Assembly: GCF_035285525.1 (NCBI RefSeq)
Contig: NZ_JAYKGW010000018.1
Span: 1-32,000, forward strand
Reading direction: 5' to 3'
Source: Okeania sp.
Lineage (GTDB): Bacteria > Cyanobacteriota > Cyanobacteriia > Cyanobacteriales > Microcoleaceae
DNA length: 32,000 nt
The translations under genes were made by a program, and so were the position numbers. Below, piece by piece: positions 1 to 8,760 of the stretch (within the stretch, counting starts at the first letter, position 1; the number at the start of each line of letters is the position of its first letter). The notes beneath the pieces are model-generated. The model saw only the letters and a list, made by a program, of their open reading frames with translations. It made no database searches and was not told the DNA's origin.

Positions 1-146
1 GTGCCATACCCAATTGTACCAACTTCCCACCCATAGATTGGATCGGGATATGCTTGGGCTCGGCCATCAGAAAGTTCATCGTGATAACCCTCAAATTCCT
101 TGATTAAATCAAGACCACATTGAGGAACTGAATTTTTTACACCCAT
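1..146 (-). CDS. Partial (N-terminal ~48 aa) phage-type lysozyme-like protein (GH24-like); continues beyond the window start
   Basis: Manual minus-strand translation from ATG at 146-144 gives MGVKNSVPQCGLDLIKEFEGYHDELSDGRAQAYPDPIYGWEVGTIGYG. LIKEFEG...TIGYG is the N-terminal signature of phage-type lysozymes (from memory). Absent from the ORF track because it is truncated by the window edge. Confidence 0.45.
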   Translation of the reverse strand, partial: MGVKNSVPQCGLDLIKEFEGYHDELSDGRAQAYPDPIYGWEVGTIGYG

Positions 147-178
147 AATTTTACTTAAATTTCCAGAATAAAACTCAA

Positions 179-264
179 AGGACTTACACATAAACCAGTA
201 AATGTTCTGGTTGAACAATAACCAGGGTAATAAACCCAGTTTCTTGTTGAGATGTGTAAGTCCT
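179..264. repeat. MITE-like element, family C (termini AGGACTTAC(A/G)C ... G(T/C)GTAAGTCCT)
   Basis: aggacttacacataaacc...gatgtgtaagtcct. The terminal inverted repeat is shared with the copies at 315-417, 564-652, 4525-4624 and 23231-23433. Confidence 0.6.
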
Positions 265-314
265 GATTGATACTAACTAAAGTGTCATAACCTAACAATC
301 AAGTAAGACAGATA

Positions 315-417
315 TGACTTACACGGGAGGAACCCAGTTTCTAGGATAAATCGTTGTTTTAAGCAGTAATAATCTACCCTCGTACCGGGTTTCTGTGGGT
401 TCATCTGCGTAAGTCCT
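315..417. repeat. MITE-like element, family C (degenerate left end)
   Basis: tgacttacacgggaggaacccagtttct...accgggtttctgtgggttcatctgcgtaagtcct. Has an internal second inverted repeat, aacccagtttct/accgggtttct, as in copy 4525-4624. Confidence 0.55.
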
Positions 418-563
418 GACAGAATTAGAGACTGCTTCATAAAACCGATATAAAACGTCATAATATGACATTTTACTGTTTACTTCCTGCTTTCACCGGA
501 ACTGTCCGCAGCACTCCATCCACAGGCATTAACGGTCAAGCTGACTGCATTTCTTAAATTTAC

Positions 564-652
564 AGGACTTACGCAAAGGTATTATATATAGAGTCAAAAA
601 ACTATTGTATAATAGTTTTAAGCACCATATCTAGGTTTGCTGCGTAAGTCCT
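564..652. repeat. MITE-like element, family C (89 bp; uninterrupted version of the 23231-23433 copy)
   Basis: aggacttacgcaaaggtattatatatagag...tctaggtttgctgcgtaagtcct. Nearly identical to both ends of 23231-23433. Confidence 0.65.
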
Positions 653-799
653 GATTTATTAAGACAAATATTTATAGCAATGAGGGCTGGCATATTTACA
701 AATTGCTAGAGTGGGAAAATAGCTGAAAGTCTTATATTATGACCAATTTAGTCCCCCTATTGCCTGCGCACAGTGCTATAAGTCTTCAAGAAAAAAGTA

Positions 800-3484
800 T
801 CAATATAACTGATTTAACCATTGATCTACATCAATTCCTAATTTTTTACCAAATTGTAATAATTTACGAATTTGAGGTAGTTCCCAAGTAGTTTTTCCAA
901 AGTTTTCTCCTACTGTATTGGGTTTGATTTGAGTATTATTTATTCGTTGAATATAACCCAAACAAAGAGGTACAATTTGACTTTCCAAAGATTGGAAATA
1001 AATATCCTGAGCGCTAACTAATGATAAACCTAAATTTAATTGATTTCCTATTTCCACAAGTCGCTCTAAACCTTGGATATCTAATTCCAAATTATCGGGT
1101 TCATTATCATACAAAATATGCCGGAGCGAGGCAACAATTAATCTTTCCAAAGATTCTTTAACTTCCAGGTTGTGGAACCGACATTGCTGTTGACCAACTT
1201 CACTAGCAAGAGCTTCCAACTCTCCCAAATGACTAATATTTAATCTTCCATCACTACTTTCTGCCTCTAAAGTTCGCACGCTTGTCAATAACCGATGACC
1301 TAATGCCACTTCAGCAGCCACCTGTAACTCTTGGGGTACAGGTAAATCATCTCTACGGAAAGCCATCATTATGCTGTAATTATCTCGGTACACCTGAGTA
1401 TACAATTGATCCAAACGATTGAGAGTTTCTTGACTCAATAAAGTCATTATCCGTTGACGCTCCTCTGCAAACAAATCTCCCAAACCAAATGAAGATTTTC
1501 CGAATAGTTCAGCCATACTCATAATTACATGAGCAACCCTGCCTTCTTCTAAAGCATCAAATAGGTTTTCTTTGATTTCCGTATAAACCCGACGACCAGT
1601 AAATGGTCGAACACAGCAATGGAAATCCCATCCTCCTAAATGCAGTACCGCAAACACAAATTCTTTGGATTCCAGAGTAATTTCTGAAGTTAATTGCAGT
1701 TGACCTACTGCTAAACTCAGATTACCCATTCGTCGCATTTGATAATCATTTTGTTTAGTGTTGTAGCAGTAAACTCGTTGTTCGCGAGTATAAGTAGTAA
1801 ATAAGGAATTGATCGCGTAGTGAGCTGCTACTTGTTCCAAAGTAATTTGAGCGGTAGCAACTAACTGTCGATAAACTTCATCACCTGTTTTGAACAAGTC
1901 TACATTACTTTCAGCGAAAGCAAGTTGAGAGATAAACTCTTTCTCTAACTGTACTCCAGCCACATCACCTGCTAATTCTATGGCTCTGGAAGCATAACGC
2001 AAAATTTGAGTACCTTCTGGTCGAGATAGTTCATCAAAAAACCAACCGCAACTGGTAAACATTAACAGAGAATGTCTTTGCATTTCTAATAAACGCAAAG
2101 CGTCTACTTTTTCGGCTTCTGTCAGATAGTGGTTTTGATGCCGAGAAATGAAATTCTTAATGTTCTCAAGAGAACGATCAAGAATTACTTGAACGTATTC
2201 ATCTCGTGCTGCCCAAACATCCTTGAAGAAATGACGACCAAAGTCTTCGTAAATGTCAACAAATTGATCTCGCAACCAATTAAGTGAATCTCTTAATGGT
2301 CGGCGCCATCTCTGATGCCAGGTGCCACCACCACCGCAACCACAATCATCTTGCCAACGGTCAACCCCATGACAACAACTCCATGCGGTAACTGGTTTTA
2401 ATGCAACTTCCCAAGTTGGAGGATGAATACTGAGATAATGAGCAAAGTTAGTTACTGTCCAATTTCGCTGAGAAAATTCTCCTAAGAAAGCGAAAGCCAG
2501 ACATTTTTCTGTACCACCTTTGTGATGACCAAATGTTTCACCATCAGTAGCAATAGCAATTAACTGGGAGGGTCGTTGGTCGCCCCGTATAGCCAGGCCA
2601 ATGCGTCCAGCTAAATTATGAGAACTATTGAGGACATCATTAAAGCCCATATCTCTTGATATCGGACCGTCATAGAAAAAGATGTCAATGTATGGAGTTT
2701 CTGTGGAGTCATCAGTGTTGTTACTGCGCAGGAAACAACGATAAGGACGAGTAGGATCGATTTGGCTACCACCTACTTCGATCCATTCTGGATTTGGGTT
2801 GTCTGAGGTAGGGAATGGACGAGAACGTTGTGCTTGGGAAGGAGCTAAAACAATGAAACGGATCCCTTCTGCGACTAATGCTTCTAGGGTAGGATAGTCT
2901 ACAGCGGTTTCTGCTAGCCACATTCCTTCGGGGTCGCGACCAAACCGAGAGCGGAAGTCTTCTTTCCCCCAACGAATTTGAGTATATTTATCTCGTTCGT
3001 TAGCAAGTGGTAAGATAATGTGGTTGTATGCTTGAGCGATCGCGTTACCATGTCCATCTAGTCGTTGACAACTTTTCCGATCTGCTTCAATAATTTTTTG
3101 ATAGACTTCCATATCATTACGTTCCAACCAACTCATTAAGGTTGGACCGATATTGAAGCTCAGATATTCATAGTTATTTGTGATCCCCACTAATTCTCCT
3201 CTGTCATTGAGGACGCGAGCAAAAGCATTAGGGCGATAACATTCGTGTAAAATGCGCTCATTCCAGTCATGGCAAGGAGCTGCACTAGGTTGACGTTCAA
3301 TGGCGTCTAGATAAGGATTTTCTCTGGGGGGTTGATAAAAGTGACCGTGAATGGTGACATAAACACCACTAGCAGTATGTACAGGTGCTATTGAAGTTGT
3401 TTGATTATCAGAAATAACTGATAATGATACTTCTAGTTCTAGGTCATTAGTTTGATTGATTTTTTTGTCAGATGAGGAAACCAT
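800..3484 (-). CDS. Glycoside hydrolase family 57 protein (GH57 catalytic domain plus long C-terminal helical domain)
   Basis: ORF track 800..3538. The N-terminal HGHFYQPPRENP block and the overall architecture are typical of GH57 (from memory). The likely true start is the ATG at 3484 (MVSSSDKK), preceded by GGAGA about 10 nt upstream. The 18 extra codons of the track ORF run into a family-C repeat half-site (caggacttaca, ~3520-3532). Stop codon is TGA. Confidence 0.85.
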   Translation of the reverse strand: MVSSSDKKINQTNDLELEVSLSVISDNQTTSIAPVHTASGVYVTIHGHFYQPPRENPYLDAIERQPSAAPCHDWNERILHECYRPNAFARVLNDRGELVGITNNYEYLSFNIGPTLMSWLERNDMEVYQKIIEADRKSCQRLDGHGNAIAQAYNHIILPLANERDKYTQIRWGKEDFRSRFGRDPEGMWLAETAVDYPTLEALVAEGIRFIVLAPSQAQRSRPFPTSDNPNPEWIEVGGSQIDPTRPYRCFLRSNNTDDSTETPYIDIFFYDGPISRDMGFNDVLNSSHNLAGRIGLAIRGDQRPSQLIAIATDGETFGHHKGGTEKCLAFAFLGEFSQRNWTVTNFAHYLSIHPPTWEVALKPVTAWSCCHGVDRWQDDCGCGGGGTWHQRWRRPLRDSLNWLRDQFVDIYEDFGRHFFKDVWAARDEYVQVILDRSLENIKNFISRHQNHYLTEAEKVDALRLLEMQRHSLLMFTSCGWFFDELSRPEGTQILRYASRAIELAGDVAGVQLEKEFISQLAFAESNVDLFKTGDEVYRQLVATAQITLEQVAAHYAINSLFTTYTREQRVYCYNTKQNDYQMRRMGNLSLAVGQLQLTSEITLESKEFVFAVLHLGGWDFHCCVRPFTGRRVYTEIKENLFDALEEGRVAHVIMSMAELFGKSSFGLGDLFAEERQRIMTLLSQETLNRLDQLYTQVYRDNYSIMMAFRRDDLPVPQELQVAAEVALGHRLLTSVRTLEAESSDGRLNISHLGELEALASEVGQQQCRFHNLEVKESLERLIVASLRHILYDNEPDNLELDIQGLERLVEIGNQLNLGLSLVSAQDIYFQSLESQIVPLCLGYIQRINNTQIKPNTVGENFGKTTWELPQIRKLLQFGKKLGIDVDQWLNQLY

Positions 3485-3540
3485 GCGATCGCTTTCTCCG
3501 TTTAGTTTTTCTTGATTACAGGACTTACATATAAACACTA

Positions 3541-4260
3541 TTGGTAGTGCATTGTTTCATTGAAAATGGTGTATGGGGTAGGGGCGGGTTTTCGCAAGAA
3601 TTTTGATGCTTATCTAAAATTTATATAAACCCGCCCTTATGCCCTAATACACACTGATTAGATGAAACAGTCCAGTAAATGGTGCATGAGGTAGGGGCGG
3701 GTTTTCGCAATAATTTTGATGCTTATCTAAGATTTATATAAACCCGCCCTTATACACACTTATTAGATGAAACAGTCCAGTAAATAGTGCATGAGGTAGG
3801 GGCGGGTTTGAGCAATAATTTTGATGCTTATCTTAAGATTTATATAAACCCGCCCTTATACACACTTATTATTTGATGCTTATCTAAGATTTATATAAAC
3901 CTGCCCTAATGCACACTTAGTTAGATGAAACAGTCCAGTCAATGGTGCATAAGGTAGGGCCGGGTTTTCGCAAGAATTTTGATGCTTATCTAAGATTTAT
4001 ATAAACCCGCTCTCATGCACACTTATTAGATGAAACAGTCCAGTAAATGGTGTATGGGGTAGGGGCGGGTTTTCGCAAGAATTTTGATGCTTATCATAAG
4101 ATTTATATAAACCCGCCCTCATGCACACTTATTAGATTAGATGAAATAGTTCAGTAAATGGTGCATAAGTTAGAGCCGGGTTTTCGCAAGAATTTTGATG
4201 CTTATCTAAGATTTATATAAACCCGCTCTCATGCACACTTATTAGATGAAACAGTCCAGT
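3541..4260. repeat. Tandem array of family-A hairpin units (105-116 bp; six full copies, one half copy, one 16-bp stub)
   Basis: Unit starts (gatgaaacagtccagtaaatggtg...) at ~3541, 3661, 3766, (half unit 3871), 3924, 4029, 4140 and a stub at 4245. Each unit has GGGGCGGGTTT - ~40 nt - AAACCCGCCC. Confidence 0.85.
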
Positions 4261-4262
4261 AG

Positions 4263-4292
4263 GGTGTGTTGGTGCGTTAGCACCAACACACC
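4263..4292. repeat. Perfect 13-bp stem / 4-nt loop hairpin
   Basis: ggtgtgttggtgc gtta gcaccaacacacc. It is followed by the right end of a family-C-like element (ccttatgtagtgcctttc). Confidence 0.7.
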
Positions 4293-4370
4293 TTATGTAG
4301 TGCCTTTCTTTGCCTAAGTTCTATTAATGAGACAAGTTATAGCAATCCTAAATAGGTTGTAAGATTTTAT

Positions 4371-4429
4371 TGTAGGGGTTTGGTCTCCTTTCCCCAAGCG
4401 TTAAGGGATTTGGAAACCAAACCCCTACA
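4371..4429. repeat. Small inverted-repeat element (tgtaggggtttggt ... accaaacccctaca)
   Basis: 14-bp terminal inverted repeat seen directly. A related gtaggggtttggtctccaaaccc occurs at ~26925-26950. Confidence 0.55.
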
Positions 4430-4524
4430 CTTTTTTCTTACAAATCATTTCTTATGGCTATAATTGCTTTACAGTTTGTCAACCTTAATTATGATGAAAC
4501 TCCAAGATTGAGAATTTTTTTTCC

Positions 4525-4624
4525 AGGACTTATGCAGAAACCGGGTTTCTCAAGGAAATTTCGTCGTTTTCACAACAATATCACGGGAATAAACTCGGTT
4601 TCTTGGTTGGTTTGTGTAAGTCCT
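4525..4624. repeat. MITE-like element, family C
   Basis: aggacttatgcagaaaccgggtttct...ctcggtttcttggttggtttgtgtaagtcct. Track ORF 4454..4636 lies on it and is judged spurious. Confidence 0.6.
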
Positions 4625-4982
4625 GTTAAACTTTAAAATTTAATGTTTAGTTCTAAATTTTGCTTCTTTTTTCTTTAGATCATGACTTACGCAAAGGCAC
4701 TACATAAGGAGTATTGGTGCGTTACGCTATCGCTTTATATGTCGCGTAGCGAAACGCACCCTACTGGACTGACACACCTTAAATGGTGCGTTACTTTTTG
4801 GTTATGGGTAGACAAGGTGGACAAGGAAGACAAGGTGGTAAGGAAGAAAAAATCTAATGCACTATTTTAGCTGTGTCAGTCCACTACTAATAGCGTTCAT
4901 GGCTTTAGTCCTATAGATTTCAATTACGTTTCTTGCTTTTGCCAATTAATTATTGCAGAGCAATACAAGGCAAATTATATGT

Positions 4983-5112
4983 AAGCATTCAGTAGTCAGC
5001 CATCAGCTTTATTAACTTTAAAAGAGGAAAAAGCAATAAGCCAGATTTCCCAGAATTATAAATTATTGTTCATTTAATAGATAATTACGTTTTTTGTTAA
5101 AAAGCTGAATGG
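4983..5112. repeat. MITE-like element, family D (short, degenerate; termini AAGCATTCAG ... GCTGAATG)
   Basis: aagcattcagtagtcagccatcagc...aaaagctgaatgg. Same termini as the ~210-bp copies at 13052-13261 and 26569-26774. Confidence 0.5.
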
Positions 5113-5142
5113 GAGTGCATTCCTTAGAAATAGCTGTTGACG

Positions 5143-5461
5143 AAGCATTCAGCAGGAAATGCTTACAATTATATATTAGATAACCTCGATCGGTTAACCA
5201 AGCTTTAGTGTTTCAACAACTACCTTAAAAATATAATATTTCCTTCTGAATTGCCTTGATTGTAGTAGGTTAATTATAGCTAATTTTATAGTGTTGAAAA
5301 CTTACTTAGAGAGTTCAATAAAATTTAATAACTACGGCTCGACTCCCATCATAAAGCCTATACTAACTTAAAAGCAAGACTGTAGTGATAAAACTTAACT
5401 TTACTTATGATTTCTCTGTAAATTAGTAACATTGTGTAAGCATTCAGCAGGAAATGCTTAC
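5143..5461. repeat. Two near-identical 22-26-nt hairpins (aagcatt cagcagga aatgctt) in direct orientation, flanking ~290 bp
   Basis: The hairpins are at 5143-5164 and 5436-5461. Each looks like collapsed family-D termini. Confidence 0.55.
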
Positions 5462-5623
5462 AACAGTATTAAATCGAGCAATTTTATTTAATTTATGTCT
5501 AAAATATTATGTCTTTTTGGCAATAGGTAAGTCGGCAATGGGCAATCGGTAAGAGTTTTGGAATTTATTTCTAGTTTTTGAATTGTTAAAACCTATTGAG
5601 GATTGCTATATTAAAGATGCTTA

Positions 5624-5658
5624 ATAATTAATAATTAATAACTGATAACTGATAACTG
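5624..5658 (+). repeat. Heptamer tandem repeat (ATAATTA)x2 + (ATAACTG)x3, STRR-like, ending 6 nt before the ATPase start codon
   Basis: ataattaataattaataactgataactgataactg gtaaaat ATG, read directly. Confidence 0.85.
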
Positions 5659-5664
5659 TAAAAT

Positions 5665-8130
5665 ATGAACGGTCTCACAGAAAGCGAGGTAATAGCTCGT
5701 CGTGCTGCTGGCTTAGGAAATAATATCAAATTAGATACAAGTCGCTCCTATAGGCAAATATTAAGAGAAAACTTATTTACTTTTATCAATATTGTTTTCC
5801 TCAGTATTAGTTTGGTTTTAATTTCTCTTTCTCGTTATGGCGATGCTTTTCTTGTGATCGTAGTTATTTTAGGTGGCGTTATAGTCAACGTTTGTCAAGA
5901 AATATATGCTCAACAAAAATTAGATCAAATTGCTCTCTTAACTAAACCATTAGCTACCGTTATTCGAGAAAACAAACAACAAAACATTGATCCCAGTGAG
6001 ATCGTTGTCGGAGATATATTAGTAGTCCAGACCGGGGATCAAATAGTAGTCGATGGACAAGTGGTAGGAAAAGGCCAAATAGAAGTAGACGAATCACTCC
6101 TAACGGGGGAATCCGATCTAATTTCTAAAGAAGCAGGCCAACCAGTTTATTCTGGTAGTTTTTGTGTTAGTGGCAATGCTTACTATGAAGCCCAAAAAGT
6201 CGGACCCGAAAGTTTGGCCTACCAAATAACAGTAAGTGCCAGAGCATTTCGCCAAATTTACACCCCTCTCCAACAAGAAATTAACTTGCTCATCAGAGTC
6301 TTTTTACTCTTGTCTTGCTTTCTCTGGATACTAATTACTATTAACTGGTACTTGGGATTTTATACATTTGCTAATACCGTTCAGTATGCGGCAGTAATTG
6401 CTGGCCTAGTACCAAGTGGGCTTTATTTGGCCATCACTCTGGCTTATGCTTTGGGGGCTGTCAAAATGGTGGGGCAAGAAGTCCTAATTCAGCAGGCCAA
6501 TGCTGTGGAATCATTGAGTAATGTGGATATTTTATGCTTGGACAAAACTGGAACGTTAACGGCTAATCGTATTACTTTACAAGATATTTATCCCATTGGA
6601 CTTGATAAAACCCAGTTGGAAAATACATTAGGTGATTATGTAGCTAGTACCACTGTCAAAAATAAAACTATTGAAGCTCTAGCAGAGGTCTTTTCTGGAA
6701 ATCAACGTTCTCTAATTTTGGAAATTCCTTTTACTTCATCTCGCAAATGGAGTGGTATGAGCTTTAGTCAGGAGGAAAATTTACCATCTGGAACATACAT
6801 TCTTGGCGCTCCAGAAATATTAGCGGAAGTAACATCTCTGAGTAAACAAGTTAGTCAGCAAATTCAAGAATTAGCCAAACAAGGATTACGAGTGCTTTTA
6901 TTTGCTCATAATCCTAACATTAATAGCTTAAACCAGAATTTAAAACAACCAAAATTACCTAAAGAACTTTTTCCCCTGGGAATTATTAGCTTTCAACATG
7001 AACTTAGACCAGAAGCTCGCGAAACCATCCAGGGTTTCTCGGAAGCAGGAATAGAGATCAAAATAATTTCTGGAGATAATCCTCAGACTGTAGCTACTTT
7101 AGCCTTACAAGTGGGACTTGCTTCAGATATTGAAGTTATTTCTGGTCCGGAACTGGCTAAACTAGATGAACCTCAGTTTATTCAAGCAGCAATATCTAAG
7201 ACAATTTTTGGTCGTGTTACTCCCGATCAAAAAGCTAAACTGATCCGTAGTTTTAGGGAGCAAGGTCATTATGTGGCAATGATTGGAGATGGAGTTAATG
7301 ATGTTCTATCTCTAAAAGAAGCTAATTTGGCGATCGCTATGGCAGGAGGTAGTAAGGCAACTCGTAGTGTAGCAGATATTGTTTTACTGAAAAATTCTTT
7401 TGGCTCCTTACCCCATGCTTTTTTGGAAGGACAACGGATTCGGAATGGTATACAAGATGTATTGAAATTATTTATGATTAGGGTATTTTGTGTTAGTATT
7501 CTAATTTTTGCTACAGGATTTGTGGGTGGTACTTTCCCTCTATTAAATAAACACAGTGCCGTTGTTACTCTTGTATCTGTAGGGTTTCCTAGTTTTTTTA
7601 TTCCGCTATGGGCAAAACCAGGAGTATTACCTCGTCGTAGTTTAGTCCGAGCTTTACTGCACTTTACTTTACCTGCTACTTTAACTCTAACTCTTGTAGC
7701 TTTAGGCATTTATCTCACATATTTGGCAATACAAATAATGCCATCATTTTTAGGTAATCAATTACTTGAGAGTAGTCTAACTATTAATCTGAGCAATGAC
7801 GAGCTTTCTATCCCTCGTAGTGCCCTTGTTACAATTATGATTTTCTGTGGTCTTTTATTAGTGCCTTTTCTGAAGCCCCCAACCAAAACTTGGGTGGGTG
7901 GAGAAAATTACAGTGGTGATTGGCGGTACACTTTAGTTGCCTTAGCTTTACTAGGAATTTATATAGTTATTTTGGCTGTTCCCCCTCTACGTCAATTTTT
8001 TGAACTATCTCTTCTCAGTACCCATGATTATGTTGTGATTATTTGGGTGGCTTTAGTTTGGTGTTTATTCTTACGTTATATGTGGCGAGCCAAACTTTTA
8101 GATAAATTTTTAGGCGTGGATTTAGCTTAA
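5665..8130 (+). CDS. Cation-transporting P-type ATPase (HAD-IC family; ion specificity not assignable)
   Basis: 821-aa ORF with the TGES actuator motif (LLTGESD), phosphorylation site CLDKTGTLT, hinge motif GDGVNDV, and multiple N- and C-terminal TM helices. Confidence 0.9.
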   Translation: MNGLTESEVIARRAAGLGNNIKLDTSRSYRQILRENLFTFINIVFLSISLVLISLSRYGDAFLVIVVILGGVIVNVCQEIYAQQKLDQIALLTKPLATVIRENKQQNIDPSEIVVGDILVVQTGDQIVVDGQVVGKGQIEVDESLLTGESDLISKEAGQPVYSGSFCVSGNAYYEAQKVGPESLAYQITVSARAFRQIYTPLQQEINLLIRVFLLLSCFLWILITINWYLGFYTFANTVQYAAVIAGLVPSGLYLAITLAYALGAVKMVGQEVLIQQANAVESLSNVDILCLDKTGTLTANRITLQDIYPIGLDKTQLENTLGDYVASTTVKNKTIEALAEVFSGNQRSLILEIPFTSSRKWSGMSFSQEENLPSGTYILGAPEILAEVTSLSKQVSQQIQELAKQGLRVLLFAHNPNINSLNQNLKQPKLPKELFPLGIISFQHELRPEARETIQGFSEAGIEIKIISGDNPQTVATLALQVGLASDIEVISGPELAKLDEPQFIQAAISKTIFGRVTPDQKAKLIRSFREQGHYVAMIGDGVNDVLSLKEANLAIAMAGGSKATRSVADIVLLKNSFGSLPHAFLEGQRIRNGIQDVLKLFMIRVFCVSILIFATGFVGGTFPLLNKHSAVVTLVSVGFPSFFIPLWAKPGVLPRRSLVRALLHFTLPATLTLTLVALGIYLTYLAIQIMPSFLGNQLLESSLTINLSNDELSIPRSALVTIMIFCGLLLVPFLKPPTKTWVGGENYSGDWRYTLVALALLGIYIVILAVPPLRQFFELSLLSTHDYVVIIWVALVWCLFLRYMWRAKLLDKFLGVDLA

Positions 8131-8180
8131 GGGAGTAGGGAGTGGGGGAGTGGGGGAGTAGGGGAGTAGGGGAGTGGGGG
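8131..8180. repeat. Heptamer tandem repeat (GGGGAGT-like)x7, STRR-like, starting immediately after the ATPase stop codon
   Basis: gggagtagggagtgggggagtgggggagtaggggagtaggggagtggggg. Confidence 0.85.
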
Positions 8181-8382
8181 AATCTGGAATTTAAGATGAA
8201 ACAGTCTAGTAGTGGACTGACATATCTAAGTTTTGTGTATGGGGTAGGGGCGGGTTTCTGAAGAGATTTTCATGGTTACTCTAAGATTTACATAAACCCG
8301 CCCCTGGAACATAAGCTTTACCCAGATATTTCTTAATATAAAACTTGGGCATTACAGATTTTTAGGTGTCGATCTAGCTTAA

Positions 8383-8454
8383 GGGAGTAGGGAGTAGGGA
8401 AGTATGGGAGTAGGGAGTAGGGAGTAGGGGAGTGGGGGAGTGGGGGAGTGGGGA
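8383..8454. repeat. Heptamer tandem repeat (GGGAGTA/GGGGAGT)x~10 in duplication copy B
   Basis: Read directly. Track ORF 8379..8621 (-) lies on it and is judged spurious. Confidence 0.85.
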
Positions 8455-8760
8455 AGAAAGACTTTTGTTGGGTTGAGGCACGAAACCCAACCTACGGGGA
8501 ATGTGGGATTTAAGATGAAATAGTCCAGTAGTGAACTAACATATCTAATTTTGTGCATGGGGTAGGGGCGGGTTTCTGAGGATATTTTCATGGTTACTCT
8601 AAGATTTACACCCGCCCCCACTATGCTTTACCCACATATTTATTAATATAAAACTTGGGCATTATTAACAAGTTATGAAGTCTTAGTTCGGCTTTTACGG
8701 GAGAAAAATGTTATGAAAAAACACATTTTTTGGCGATCGCTTAAACTTGTTTTACTGAGG

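Larger units (their letters stand above)
8106..8665. repeat. Tandem segmental duplication (copy A ~8106-8355, copy B ~8358-8665), each made of ATPase 3' end + stop, a heptamer array and a family-A unit
   Basis: Copy A is atttttaggcgtggatttagcttaagggagtaggg...aaaacttgggcattac. Copy B is atttttaggtgtcgatctagcttaagggagtaggg...aaaacttgggcattat. Copy B has an expanded heptamer array and an extra ~45-bp hairpin insert (ttgggttgaggcacgaaacccaac, ~8461-8500). Confidence 0.8.

Noticed and set aside
3541-4260. Possible CRISPR array (regularly spaced repeats with palindromic character)
   Set aside because: The sequence between the hairpin arms and between units is itself conserved from copy to copy, so there are no unique spacers. 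The unit period of 105-116 bp is too long, and no cas genes are present in the window.
3541-4260. NsiR1-like tandem sRNA gene array, as known upstream of hetF in Nostocales
   Set aside because: No TCCGGA (DIF-type) promoter motif, and no hairpin-plus-T-tract terminator within the units on either strand. The neighbouring gene is a GH57 gene, not hetF. Transcription remains untested.
4454-4870. Track ORFs lying on repeats: 4454..4636 and 4682..4870, and likewise 8379..8621, 8769..9080, 16793..17017, 23269..23451, 30444..30644 and 30982..31173
   Set aside because: All lie entirely within MITE-like elements or heptamer arrays. Their peptides are low-complexity translations of the repeats.
7269-7709. 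Antisense or overlapping track ORFs: 2766..2972, 7269..7709, 9301..9510, 9608..9814, 10240..10821, 13264..13509, 13631..13813, 14408..14608, 28476..28670 and 29861..30058
   Set aside because: Each is embedded in, or antisense to, a much longer ORF with clear family motifs. They are shadow ORFs with no motifs of their own.
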